64,000 nt of DNA from an uncultured archaeon (GCA_938045545.1 CALIBN010000016.1:1-64000), one strand, 5' to 3'. Numbered from the stretch's first letter, positions 11,352-20,816 are shown. Translations and numbers: made by a program. Notes: generated by a model not told the origin, from the letters alone.

Positions 11352-11436
11352 GCCGGGGTGGCAGAGTGGTTAATGCGCTGGCCTTGAGAGCCAGTGACCC
11401 GTGCGGGTCGCAAGGGTTCAATTCCCTTCCCCGGCG
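11352..11436 (+). tRNA. tRNA-Ser(TGA), intronless
   Basis: Cloverleaf GCCGGGG/CCCCGGC, anticodon arm CTGGC-CTTGAGA-GCCAG, long variable arm. Confidence 0.93.
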
Positions 11437-11769
11437 CGTCATTTTTCACGGTTGGAAATCATCCGGCTTTTGAGAATCTTTTGCAATTTTCATCCTTTAA
11501 TCTCCTTATTGCCTCTTTAATGCGTTTTCGCGCGCAAATCAGAATCGGGAGAATGGATGAAAAATGCCGAGGAGCGTATAAGACTCCTCAAGATAGACGG
11601 GAAGTCTTAGGGATTCTTGGGTGTATCTTGGTGTGGTTGTTCAAGAGAATATTCGCGCACTCTGCCACCCCGGCAGACAGCCTATTTTTCCTTTTTGAAT
11701 TAGATAAGCTTTTTCACCGGGTAACGTTTAAAAGCCGTTTTAAAAGCTGTATCTTCAACGTGGTATCTG

Positions 11770-12171
11770 TTGTCTGAAGACAAGGAGCTGGAGCGCATCC
11801 TTGAGGAGAAGAGGAAACGCCTGTTGAACAGGCTTGCCAAGAGCAGCGAGAAGAGTGAGAAAACTGCGCATCCGAAACCGGTTGACGACGTTGATAAAAC
11901 CGTTTTAAGCTTGCTGGATGAGAAGGGCAGGGAGATACTTTCGCTCGCGGAGCAGGATTTCCCGGAGGAAACCAGGAGGGCTAAGCTCCTGCTCTACGCG
12001 CTTGTCAAGAAGGGGTATGTGGACGGGCCTGTTGACGCAGGAGACCTTTACAGGTTTCTAAGATACTTGGGGATCCCAGTTAGGTACGAGCCCCGCATAA
12101 TGGTCGCAGACGGGAAGGAGAGGAAGCCTCTCTCAGAAATACTTTCTGAAAGAATGTCTGAGCTCGAATAG
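11770..12171 (+). CDS. PDCD5-like dsDNA-binding protein
   Basis: EDKELERILEEK N-terminus and overall pattern of archaeal PDCD5-like proteins. Confidence 0.55.
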   Translation: MSEDKELERILEEKRKRLLNRLAKSSEKSEKTAHPKPVDDVDKTVLSLLDEKGREILSLAEQDFPEETRRAKLLLYALVKKGYVDGPVDAGDLYRFLRYLGIPVRYEPRIMVADGKERKPLSEILSERMSELE

Positions 12172-12231
12172 CCTCTGAGCGTTAAACCAGAAACCCATAA
12201 TAGGCAGGGCAATAGGCTTGACATAGAAGAA

Positions 12232-13089
12232 TTGCGGGTTTCAATACTGCTTCCAGCGTCCGTCATAGGTGTTTCAGAAGACCTGAGGATTAAAACTTTC
12301 AGGGCTGGTCTCGTCGGGAGGGCTGCAGCAATATTCATGGTTGACGAGATTATTATTTACCTGGATAATCATGACGCGGAGTCCATGAGGAACCAGAAGG
12401 TCTTCTCAAAGCTTCTCAACTACATGGTTGTCCCCCAGTATTTAAGGAGGCTCGTGTTCAAGAAGCAGGAGGAGCTTAGGTTCGCAGGCCTGCTTCCGCC
12501 TTTGAAAATACCTTCGCACACAGTTCCAGCGTCGCTTAAGCACATTAAGCCCGGGAGCTTCAGGCTAGCCGTAGTGGTTAAGGCGGAACGCGGCCGGCTT
12601 GTTCTGGAGGCTGGACTTGAGAAAACCCTGCTGGCACCGGTCCCGGATCCTCTGCTTGAAACCAAGGTGGGCAGCATTGTTCTAGCAAAGGTTGAAGATC
12701 CTTCGAGGCTCTCCGCCAGGATAGTTAGCCCCCGGGAGTCGCCGTTCTACCTGGGCTACAGGGTTTCAACACCCAGGAATACACTTGGAGAATTCTTGAG
12801 AAGCGTGGACGCTGTTAAAATAGGGACTTCCAAGCATGGCGAGCCCGTTTGGAGAAGGCTTGGTGAGCTTAGGAGGCTTTTCTCCTCCGGGAAGAGAGTG
12901 ATGGTGGCGTTCGGCTCACCTTCGATGGGGCTTAGGGAAATGCTGGCTGGAGAGGGGGTTAGGGTTGAGGATGTTTTCAGCATTCTTGTCAACACTGTGG
13001 GAGAGCAGGGTGTTGAAACGGTGCGCACTGAGGAAGCCCTCTACATAACTCTCCCCCTTGTGGCTTCTCTGGCGAGAGGATACTGGTAG
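12232..13089 (+). CDS. SPOUT-family RNA methyltransferase (DUF171/MTH1-like)
   Basis: GLLPPLKIPSH and QGVETVRTEEA motifs; usual position upstream of rpl3. Confidence 0.88.
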   Translation: MRVSILLPASVIGVSEDLRIKTFRAGLVGRAAAIFMVDEIIIYLDNHDAESMRNQKVFSKLLNYMVVPQYLRRLVFKKQEELRFAGLLPPLKIPSHTVPASLKHIKPGSFRLAVVVKAERGRLVLEAGLEKTLLAPVPDPLLETKVGSIVLAKVEDPSRLSARIVSPRESPFYLGYRVSTPRNTLGEFLRSVDAVKIGTSKHGEPVWRRLGELRRLFSSGKRVMVAFGSPSMGLREMLAGEGVRVEDVFSILVNTVGEQGVETVRTEEALYITLPLVASLARGYW

Positions 13090-13105
13090 ACACGTGGTTT
13101 CCAAG

Positions 13106-13460
13106 TTGACACTCTCACGGCTGAAGCCGGTGGGATCCCCGGTTCGTCGCCCTGTGGGCTCACCCTACCAGGTTACGGGCTGTGTCAAAGCAGCCCCTGC
13201 CATCCGCATATAGCGAATGGCCCGCTTCATTATGTTCATCGCTCTATTATAGTCGGCTTATGAAGCAGGCTGAGATGCTTCCCAAAAAAACTCCTCGTTT
13301 CGCGCTTTTCCTCAGCTCCCGTAGTACTGTCCAACATGCCGGTATATTAGTATTCCGATCGTATTGAGACCCTAGGGGGAAGGCTTTTTAGCGGGGAAGC
13401 CTCTCGAACGTTTAAGGGCGATTCACCCCATGTCCTTCGGGCATGGGCTTTCTCGCCGGA
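13106..13460 (-). mobile_element. Internally deleted IS200/IS605-family element (tnpB 3' remnant, both end hairpins)
   Basis: Minus strand encodes ADYNRAMNIMKRAIRYMRMAGAALTQP (TnpB C-terminus), then right-end hairpin ...CGGCTTCAGCCGTGAGAGTGTCAA; left-end-like hairpin CCCATGCCCGAAGGACATGGG near 13427-13447. Confidence 0.7.
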
Positions 13461-13563
13461 TATGGTAAACAAGCCTCCAAAGGGTTTCATTCAGCGGGGG
13501 AAAAGGTTAAAACGGGTTGCTCATTCCTTTGACAACCACGCTGGCTAAAAGGGGATTAACAAG

Positions 13564-14574
13564 ATGGGCCATAGAAAGCAATCCGCCCCGAGGCACGGTT
13601 CGCTCGCGTTCCGCCCTAGAGCACGGTTTAAAAGATTAACCCCCCGGATAAGGTTCTGGCCTGAGGTTGAGGGGGAAACAAGGCTTCTAGGCTTCGCCGG
13701 CTACCGGGTGGGTATGACGCACGGCTTCACGATAGACACCTCTGACTCATCGCCCTTCAAGGGTAAGGAGGTTTTCACCCCGATTACGATTATTGAAACA
13801 CCCCCGTTAAGCATCGTTGGAGTAAGGCTCTACGGGAACAGCCCTCAGGGCCTCAGAGTAATATGGGAAGGATGGGCGAGAAACCTTCCTGAAAACGTTA
13901 AGAGGAGGATAGGCTCGCTGGCTAACCGTAAGGAACCAGCGGAGCCGCAGGTTCCAGAGGGCATTGCTGAGAAGACAAGGGAGGTCAGGGTCCTAGTGGC
14001 GACGCAGCCCCATCTCGCGGGCCTTGGGAAGAAGACGCCGGAGGTTTTTGAGATAGGCGTCGGCGGGGGGAGCGTTGCCGAGAGGATCAGCTACGCCATG
14101 TCTCTGCTTGGCAGAGAGGTTGGTGCGAAGGAGGTTCTGGAGGAGGGAGCGTACGTTGACGTTTTCGCGGTGACGAAGGGAAAGGGTTTCCAAGGTGTTG
14201 TGAAAAGGTTCAGGGTTAAGATTCTCGACAGGAAGAGCAATAAGACTAGGAGGGGAGTAGCAACGCTGGGCCCGTGGAAGCCTGCTGGAGTAATGTACAC
14301 TGTGCCGAGGCCCGGTCAAATGGGCTTCATGCAGAGGCTTGTCAGAAACCTGCAGGTTCTCAAGATCGTTGAGAACCCTGGTGAGATTAATCCTGCTGGA
14401 GGATTCCACAAGTACGGAATCATAAGGAGCCAAGCAGTTATTCTCAACGGGAGCGTCCCAGGCACGCCTAAGAGGCTTGTGAAAATAAGGGTTTCAGCCA
14501 GAAAGCATTACGCTAAGCCTAAGCAGCCGCCTGTTTTAACACACGTCAACATTAGGAGGGCTGTTGCAGCATGA
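13564..14574 (+). CDS. rpl3: 50S ribosomal protein L3
   Basis: PRHGSLAFRPR and TKGKGFQGVVKR motifs. Confidence 0.97.
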   Translation: MGHRKQSAPRHGSLAFRPRARFKRLTPRIRFWPEVEGETRLLGFAGYRVGMTHGFTIDTSDSSPFKGKEVFTPITIIETPPLSIVGVRLYGNSPQGLRVIWEGWARNLPENVKRRIGSLANRKEPAEPQVPEGIAEKTREVRVLVATQPHLAGLGKKTPEVFEIGVGGGSVAERISYAMSLLGREVGAKEVLEEGAYVDVFAVTKGKGFQGVVKRFRVKILDRKSNKTRRGVATLGPWKPAGVMYTVPRPGQMGFMQRLVRNLQVLKIVENPGEINPAGGFHKYGIIRSQAVILNGSVPGTPKRLVKIRVSARKHYAKPKQPPVLTHVNIRRAVAA

Positions 14575-15368
14575 TGAGCCTCGAGCAGGCCAGGATAAAG
14601 GTTCTCAGCGAAAAGGGGGAGGAGGATGGTGAAGCCTCAATACCCTCCTTCATTCTCCAGACGGAGGTTGAAGATTACCTTGTTAGAAGAGCCTTCCTGG
14701 CGGCGCAGTCGAGAAGACTACAGCCGCAGGGCAGGGACCCGATGGCTGGCAAGAGGACCACCGCTGAAAGCTGGGGTGTCGGCTACGGCATAGCCAGGGT
14801 TCCGAGGACTGAGAGAGGAGTCGCTAGGTTCGCCCCTATGACTGTCAAGGGCAGGGTTACACACCCGCCGCGCGTCGAGAAGAAGATAAGGAAAGAGATT
14901 AACAGGAAGGAGTATAGGAAGGCTTTCGTCTCAGCGTTGTCAGCAGTCTTCAAGAAGGAGACTGTTGAAAAGAGGGGCCACAGGCTTGGCTCAGCGAGCA
15001 TCCCAATAGTGTTCACGAAAGAGTTTGAAGACATTTCCAAGACGCGCGAGCTCGTCGTGCTCCTCGGGAAAATAGGCTTGGAGCAGGAGCTTGAAAGAGT
15101 CTACAGCAGGCCGAGAGTCAGGTGTGGAAAGTCGAAGTGGAGGGGGAGAAGGCTCAGGAGGAGAGTTGGCCCCCTGATAGTCGTTTCAACCCAGAGGGCT
15201 AGCGTCGTTAAAGCAGCCTCAGGAATACCCGGGGTTGACGTTAAGACTCCGGAGAGGCTCTCAATAATGGATCTTGCACCCGGAGGAGTCCCCGGGAGGC
15301 TGACGATATGGACGCTCCCAGCCCTCGAAAGGATTGTCGAAAGGGTGAGGAAATATGTCTCAAAGTAG
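14571..15368 (+). CDS. rpl4: 50S ribosomal protein L4
   Basis: GKRTTAESWG and LAPGGVPGRLTIWT motifs. Confidence 0.96.
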   Translation: MMSLEQARIKVLSEKGEEDGEASIPSFILQTEVEDYLVRRAFLAAQSRRLQPQGRDPMAGKRTTAESWGVGYGIARVPRTERGVARFAPMTVKGRVTHPPRVEKKIRKEINRKEYRKAFVSALSAVFKKETVEKRGHRLGSASIPIVFTKEFEDISKTRELVVLLGKIGLEQELERVYSRPRVRCGKSKWRGRRLRRRVGPLIVVSTQRASVVKAASGIPGVDVKTPERLSIMDLAPGGVPGRLTIWTLPALERIVERVRKYVSK

Positions 15369-15615
15369 CATCATAATAAGGCCGGTTTCAACGGAGAAAT
15401 CCTTCAGGCTCATCGAGAAAGAGAACAAGCTGATATTCATAGTGGACCCTAAGGCTGATAAGAATACAGTCAGAGAGGCTGTTGAAAAAAGCTTCAACGT
15501 CAAGGTTGAGAAAATCAACATTATAAGAAGCATAACCGGGGAGAAGAAAGCAGTGGTCAAGCTCGCCAAGGAATACAGCGCAATGGACCTTGCAAGCAAG
15601 CTTAAAATAGTGTAG
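15355..15615 (+). CDS. rpl23: 50S ribosomal protein L23
   Basis: PVSTEKS, ENKLIFIV and KKAVVKL motifs; operon position. Confidence 0.95.
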   Translation: MSQSSIIIRPVSTEKSFRLIEKENKLIFIVDPKADKNTVREAVEKSFNVKVEKINIIRSITGEKKAVVKLAKEYSAMDLASKLKIV

Positions 15616-15630
15616 GAGGATGACGCCTAA

Positions 15631-16362
15631 ATGGGTAAGAGACCAATAGTAAGGAGGCGCGGCAGATCGCCGAACTTCATGGCCCCAACCCACAGAAGGA
15701 TAGCACCAGCCAAATACCCGACCCTGGCTAAAGGAGAAAGACTCGAAGGAACCCTTGTAGCACTACACCACGACCCGGGTAGAGGAGCACCCCTCGCGGA
15801 AATCAGGCTCGACAACGGGAAAGTCTTCCACACAGTTGCCGTCGAATCCATGTATTTAGGGCAGAGAATATCAATAGGGCCGGGAAGCCCGCTCGCAATA
15901 GGAAACATAATACCGCTCGGCGAAGCGCCCGAGGGAATAATGCTCTCGAACATTGAGCGGAAACCAGCCGACGGCGGCGCACTCTTCAGAGCCTCAGGCA
16001 GCTACGCAGTCTTAATCGGGAAGACGAATGGAACAGCCATCCTACAAGACCCCAAGGCGAGAACATTCGTCGTCGACGCAAACTCGCTTGGAACAATCGG
16101 AGTAATAGCAGGAGGAGGAAGAACAGAAAAACCATTCCTCAAAGCAGGAACAAAACTTAAACTCATGAAAAGCAGAGGAAGACACTACCCAATAGTAAGA
16201 GGAGTAGCAATGATAAGTGTTTATCACAAATTCGGTGGGGGAAGGCATCAGCATGTGGGAGGCCCTTCATCGGTTAGCCGTAATGCTCCACCTGGCGCTA
16301 AGGTTGGCTTGATTGCCCCAAGGAAGACCGGTAGGAAGAAGGCTAGAAGAGCATCTGGATAG
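15631..16362 (+). CDS. rpl2: 50S ribosomal protein L2
   Basis: HDPGRGAPLA, VRGVAM and PPGAKVGLIA motifs. Confidence 0.97.
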   Translation: MGKRPIVRRRGRSPNFMAPTHRRIAPAKYPTLAKGERLEGTLVALHHDPGRGAPLAEIRLDNGKVFHTVAVESMYLGQRISIGPGSPLAIGNIIPLGEAPEGIMLSNIERKPADGGALFRASGSYAVLIGKTNGTAILQDPKARTFVVDANSLGTIGVIAGGGRTEKPFLKAGTKLKLMKSRGRHYPIVRGVAMISVYHKFGGGRHQHVGGPSSVSRNAPPGAKVGLIAPRKTGRKKARRASG

Positions 16363-16755
16363 AGATTTAAAACCTTCAAAATTTAGAAATTATTTTTAAT
16401 TTTAAATCCTGCTACTTGTTTGCATGGGTGCGGTTAACGAGAAGATGGTTTACGATGTGGTTGAGAAACTCATGGCTAAGTTGATTCAGAAGGAACTTTT
16501 AATAAGTCTTGAAATAAATGTATGATGAACTGAAGCTTTATATTTTCTAGGCTCCTTATATTTCTTATGTCATTAGTTGATAATTATCCTATGGAGTTAA
16601 CGCTATATAATGGGCTAATGAATGAAAATCCTCTAAATCATATTCAAAAATATAGTGAGGTTGCCAATTGGTCTAATATTCCTCAAGAGGTAAAGATGTA
16701 TATATTAATAAAATGTCAAGCAGGCGATCCTACGATATACGCCACCCCCCATTAA

Positions 16756-17254
16756 GCTGAGTGAGGACTACCGAGTGTTCGAGTACACTTTGAAGGAAGC
16801 GTTGGTCGTCGAGTACGAGGATAGTAGAGGGATTCATAGGAGCGTTATTGGCTTAAGCAAACCGGCTCCCGGATAAAGTACTCAAAGAGCCCCAGCACGT
16901 CGCCGCGAAGCTGTTTACGAAAGAGTATTTGAAGGCATGGAATACAGAATCCTCGAGGAGGAAAAGCATCTTAAGGGAAAGAGGGTATTTCTTGATTTCT
17001 TTGTAGAAACGCCCAGCGGTAAGCTGGCAATAGTAGAGTGTAAGCATGGGGACGAAAGCTCTGACGATCTTGTAGGCCAAGCTTACAAATACCTTGAAAT
17101 TGCCAAGGAAAACGGTTGGAAACTGATCTACAGTTTCCTGCATGCTCCTCAGACCTCTGAAGCCCAAGAATTGCTTAACCACCTGATTGAACTTATGAGG
17201 CAACATCAGGATATGGTGGAGATTTATATAGGAGGGGTGAAATATGGAGGGTAG
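16756..17254 (+). pseudogene. PD-(D/E)XK nuclease domain, remnant of a longer frameshifted gene
   Basis: FLDFFVETPSGKLAIVECK...QAYKY; coding-like frameshifted sequence upstream of 16937. Confidence 0.6.
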
Positions 17255-17259
17255 TAAAG

Positions 17260-17934
17260 ATGACTGAATACTGGATGGTGATCAAGCCCGAGCCTAAGGC
17301 TTCGAGGCGGGTGAGGGAGGAAGTTAGGAAAATGCACACAGTACTAGCCGGAGAGGACTGGCTTATGGAGAAAAAGGGGTTGAGATATATTCCTGCTATC
17401 ATCCGTTCGGCTTATGCTTACGGGAGGAAGGAGGTTGAGGAGGCTAAGAAAGACCCGATCGTCTCCGAGCTGATGTCCAAGGTAAACGTGATGATTAAAA
17501 AGTCCCCCGACAATATCAGAATTGATAGAGAAACATATGGTTCTGGTTTAAAGTTCTTCTGGCCGGTTGAAGTCCTAGAGGTCAAGGAGGTTAAGGATGA
17601 GTTGGAAATGTTGCTGATGAAAAGCTTCTTTTCGAAGGATAATCCAGAGGATAGGAGGATAGCTGAGGAATACATTAAGAGGACGGGGCTCTCATATGGG
17701 GAAGAGCAGATGACGCCTGAACAGCGCATCGATGACCGCATACCTTACATGAATGCATACCTGAGGGAATGCGGGGAATTTTTCGAGAGGGCTTACGAGA
17801 TCTATAAGCAGCATAACGTTAAGATTGGTTTCACGTCGAGGGGGTTTAGAAGCTCTGATGCGCTCTGGTTTCACCATCCTATTAATAATGATGAAGCCGA
17901 GCTTTTAAGGACGACTATGCTTCAGCGCTGCTAA
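17260..17934 (+). CDS. Hypothetical protein directly downstream of nuclease (possible immunity)
   Basis: Intact 224-aa ORF, 5-nt gap after the nuclease stop, GGAGG upstream. Confidence 0.6.
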   Translation: MTEYWMVIKPEPKASRRVREEVRKMHTVLAGEDWLMEKKGLRYIPAIIRSAYAYGRKEVEEAKKDPIVSELMSKVNVMIKKSPDNIRIDRETYGSGLKFFWPVEVLEVKEVKDELEMLLMKSFFSKDNPEDRRIAEEYIKRTGLSYGEEQMTPEQRIDDRIPYMNAYLRECGEFFERAYEIYKQHNVKIGFTSRGFRSSDALWFHHPINNDEAELLRTTMLQRC

Positions 17935-18202
17935 AGGAAGCAGCATACTAGTCTGGCGCCGGCAAACCTTTTACAATACTAACAAACTTCGAAACATAAT
18001 AGGAACCGGAAACGCATCCTTCAACACTTAAATACTATAAAGGGAAAAAATTTATCGGCTGCACTAGGATTATCTGTTTCTCTTGCTGAGGTTAGCTTCG
18101 CAGTGGTAGCGTTTTCCTTTTACTCAGTATACTGGTAGTGCATGCTGAATCCCGGTGCACGCTATACATTTTGAACATAAGTTAAAAATTTAAGCGGTTT
18201 TA

Positions 18203-18311
18203 TGGGGGCGCTGGGATTTGAACCCAGGTTTCCCTCGTAGCGGGGCTCTCTCACGCAACCTTTCTCGTGGGCCCGAGCCACGGAGCCTCGACCAAGCTAG
18301 CAGACGCCCCC
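18203..18311 (-). tRNA. tRNA-Pro(CGG) with ~30-33 nt intronic insert in the variable region
   Basis: GGGGGCG/CGCCCCC acceptor; CGTGG-CTCGGGC-CCACG anticodon arm; CTGGG-TTCAAAT-CCCAG T arm; 38 nt between anticodon and T stems. Confidence 0.85.
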
Positions 18312-18660
18312 ATCAGGCCTTTTTTATTCCTTGTAATTTAAAAAGATTTTGTTAATCCCACAGATGGTTTACGAGCCATGGAGCCTACAAAGTTAGCCGG
18401 TTTTCACCATTTAGACCAGCCCGTCGCAGCCTGCCTAATCCCAGCGTCTTTAAAAGTATTTCCGAAAGACGAGTTTACCACATTCCCCGAGCAGACCCGT
18501 TGGGATGGGCTTTAAGCATTAGACCGTTTTATCAGATCGGATTATCCTCGTGAAGACACGGGGCGCCGCGGTTAACAGCCCTCTTAACATGGTAATTGGA
18601 GGATTAGTGTGCAGCATTAAGTTAAAATAGTTTTACCTCATTGTGCAGAATATCATTAAG

Positions 18661-20553
18661 ATGGAGGAGGAAAGCAAGGGTTTCAAAACGTTGAGCGACA
18701 TCTTTAAAGCATTAGGATTTCCAGTGCGGGTTGAAATACTAAAAATACTGGAGAGGAACCCGCTTAGATACAGTGAGCTGATGAAGACCGTTAGGCTTGA
18801 CAGGTTCAGCGACGCCGGGAAGTTCGCATATCATTTGAGCAAGCTTATGGAGAACGGCCTCGTTGAGTATAAGCCTGAGAGCAAGATATACGTGATAACT
18901 CCGCTCGGCAAGGATGTTCTGAACCACGCTATGAATCTTTTCGAGTCGCTCAGAAGGAAGGAGAATGTGTTACTCGTTAGGAGAACAGACTCCTCCATTG
19001 AGCTTTTCGATAGGAAAAGGATTGAAGAGTGTCTAGTCAGGGAGGCTGGGATGGATCAGGATACTGCAGAAACAATAGCCTTGGAGATAGAGGAGAGACT
19101 ATATTCTCTTGGAGTGAAGTATCTGACGGCGCCGTTGATCAGGGAGTATGTTAACGCCGTCCTCCTTGAAAAGAAGATGGAAAACTATAGGCACAGGTTG
19201 ACGAGGCTCGGGTTGCCAGTGCACGATGTGTCTGAACTGATATCTGTTAAGCGGGGACTTGACGATGTTGTGAACGAGGCTGGCGAAGAGGTTTTGAGAC
19301 AGTACGCTTTTCTCGTCAAGCTTCCGAGGGAATTGGGTGATGCGCATCTCAGTGGAATGGTCAATATTAATCATTTAGCCAGTTTCATGTTTAAGCCTGA
19401 AGAGCCTGTAAACTCTCTGGAAAGCCTAAGCCTTGTGAAAACCTACTCCTACATTCCTTTTTCCAGTGGCCAGTCTCCGCTTAAGCAAGTCGCGTGGAGG
19501 ATTGTCGAAGCGTTCAGCAGCTCCTCTATGCATGCTAACAGCCTTCTCGTAAACACGGATGATCTTGAGCTTGTAGAAGAGTTTTTAAAAAGCATTGCAA
19601 TAAGCCAGCGGAAGTGGAATGTTATCTTAAGCGCGAAGCTGGAATCCGTTGTTTTTGAGATCTTAAGAAGTCTTGCTGAAATAGCTGAGAAAACGGTTTT
19701 GCCCAATTTTTCTCTTTCACTAGTCGGCTATGATAAGAAGGTTTCTGAAGAGGGTTTTGCAAACACTTTAACAAAGTTTTTAAACGCGGGGGGTGCCCTT
19801 ATATTGGCTGGTTCTCAAAACTCGTGTCCAACCCACCATCTTACTGTTTTGAACGAAGACGCTGACAACTATGTTAGAACCGGTGTCTTGAGCTCGGTAA
19901 GCCTGAACCTGCCGCGTATTCTCGAGAACGCTTCTCTGAACGAGGATGCTTTCTGGGAAAACCTTGGCGAGATTGTGAGCAGGATTGTCGAGGCTTTAGA
20001 GCTTAAAAGGGAGAGCTTGAGAAGCATTATAGAAGACAGGAAGCTCCTTCCACTATCCTGCAGGATTAACGGTGAAACATACTTCCTAGTTGAGAAAGGC
20101 TGCTCAATAATAGAGTTGACAGGGCTTTATGATGCTTCCTGCAGACTTGTCGGCTCTCAGGATGCTTCAGCCAGTTTCCCGGAGGCTGAGAAGATTGTTA
20201 AAAAGGTGAACGAGCTTGCCCATAAGTCTTCCAAGAGGGAAAACAGGGTGCTAGTCAGCCTTGTAAGCCACGAGGAGGCTGTGCAGAGGTTTGGAGGAAC
20301 CCGTGTGAACGTGTTCCCGAGAAACATGACTTTTGAAGAATGGTTTAGGTTTGAATCCAGGCTTAAGAGCCTCACTCCTGAGTCTAACATTATCCACCTG
20401 CAGGGTTTAGAGGAGCTTGGAAGCCTTAGGAAAGCGGGCAGGGCCAGTTTCCTAATGTATTCTCCGAAAACAATGTGTGCGAGCTGCGGGAGGATATATC
20501 CTGCTTCTGAAGAAAAGTGCTTCTGCGGATCATATTTAAGAACTGCTTTCTAG
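18661..20553 (+). CDS. ArsR-type wHTH + ATP-cone + degenerate NrdD-like domain fusion
   Basis: IFKALGFPVRVEILKIL HTH; VRRTDSSIELFDRKRI ATP cone; DAHLSGMVNINHL and SVSLNLPRI NrdD-like motifs; C-terminal Zn ribbon. Confidence 0.8.
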   Translation: MEEESKGFKTLSDIFKALGFPVRVEILKILERNPLRYSELMKTVRLDRFSDAGKFAYHLSKLMENGLVEYKPESKIYVITPLGKDVLNHAMNLFESLRRKENVLLVRRTDSSIELFDRKRIEECLVREAGMDQDTAETIALEIEERLYSLGVKYLTAPLIREYVNAVLLEKKMENYRHRLTRLGLPVHDVSELISVKRGLDDVVNEAGEEVLRQYAFLVKLPRELGDAHLSGMVNINHLASFMFKPEEPVNSLESLSLVKTYSYIPFSSGQSPLKQVAWRIVEAFSSSSMHANSLLVNTDDLELVEEFLKSIAISQRKWNVILSAKLESVVFEILRSLAEIAEKTVLPNFSLSLVGYDKKVSEEGFANTLTKFLNAGGALILAGSQNSCPTHHLTVLNEDADNYVRTGVLSSVSLNLPRILENASLNEDAFWENLGEIVSRIVEALELKRESLRSIIEDRKLLPLSCRINGETYFLVEKGCSIIELTGLYDASCRLVGSQDASASFPEAEKIVKKVNELAHKSSKRENRVLVSLVSHEEAVQRFGGTRVNVFPRNMTFEEWFRFESRLKSLTPESNIIHLQGLEELGSLRKAGRASFLMYSPKTMCASCGRIYPASEEKCFCGSYLRTAF

Positions 20554-20593
20554 ATGGAGAAAAATTTAATAGTGGGGTTCTCGTCCTTCTTCC

Positions 20594-20731
20594 GGTTACC
20601 GGCCATAGGAGCTGTGGAAACACCCGTACAGGGGGAACCCGCGGAGCCGTTCCGAACACGGAAGTTAAACACAGCTCCGTTTCAAACATTAGTGTGGTCT
20701 TCGGCCACGCGAGGTTTGAAAGCCGGTAACC
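20594..20731 (+). rRNA. rrf: 5S rRNA (138 nt including a 17-nt insertion)
   Basis: Terminal helix GGTTACCGGC/GCCGGTAACC; GGCCATAG and CCGAACACGGAAGTTAA 5S signatures. Confidence 0.93.
20630..20646 (+). other. Putative BHB (HBh') intron in 5S rRNA
   Basis: CCGT-AC|A-GGG-GGAA-CCC-GCGG-AG|C; removal gives a 121-nt 5S with canonical CCCGTACCCGTTCCGAAC. Confidence 0.8.
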
Positions 20732-20816
20732 ATCCTTCGATTTGTTAATTAACCATAAAATTTTCATTAAAGGCTTAAATATTCTCCGGCTGGAAAAACC
20801 AGCGGCGTAAAGATAG

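Noticed and set aside
13106-13460. SRP RNA
   Set aside because: No helix-8 GGAA/AGCAG motif; better explained as a tnpB/IS605 remnant
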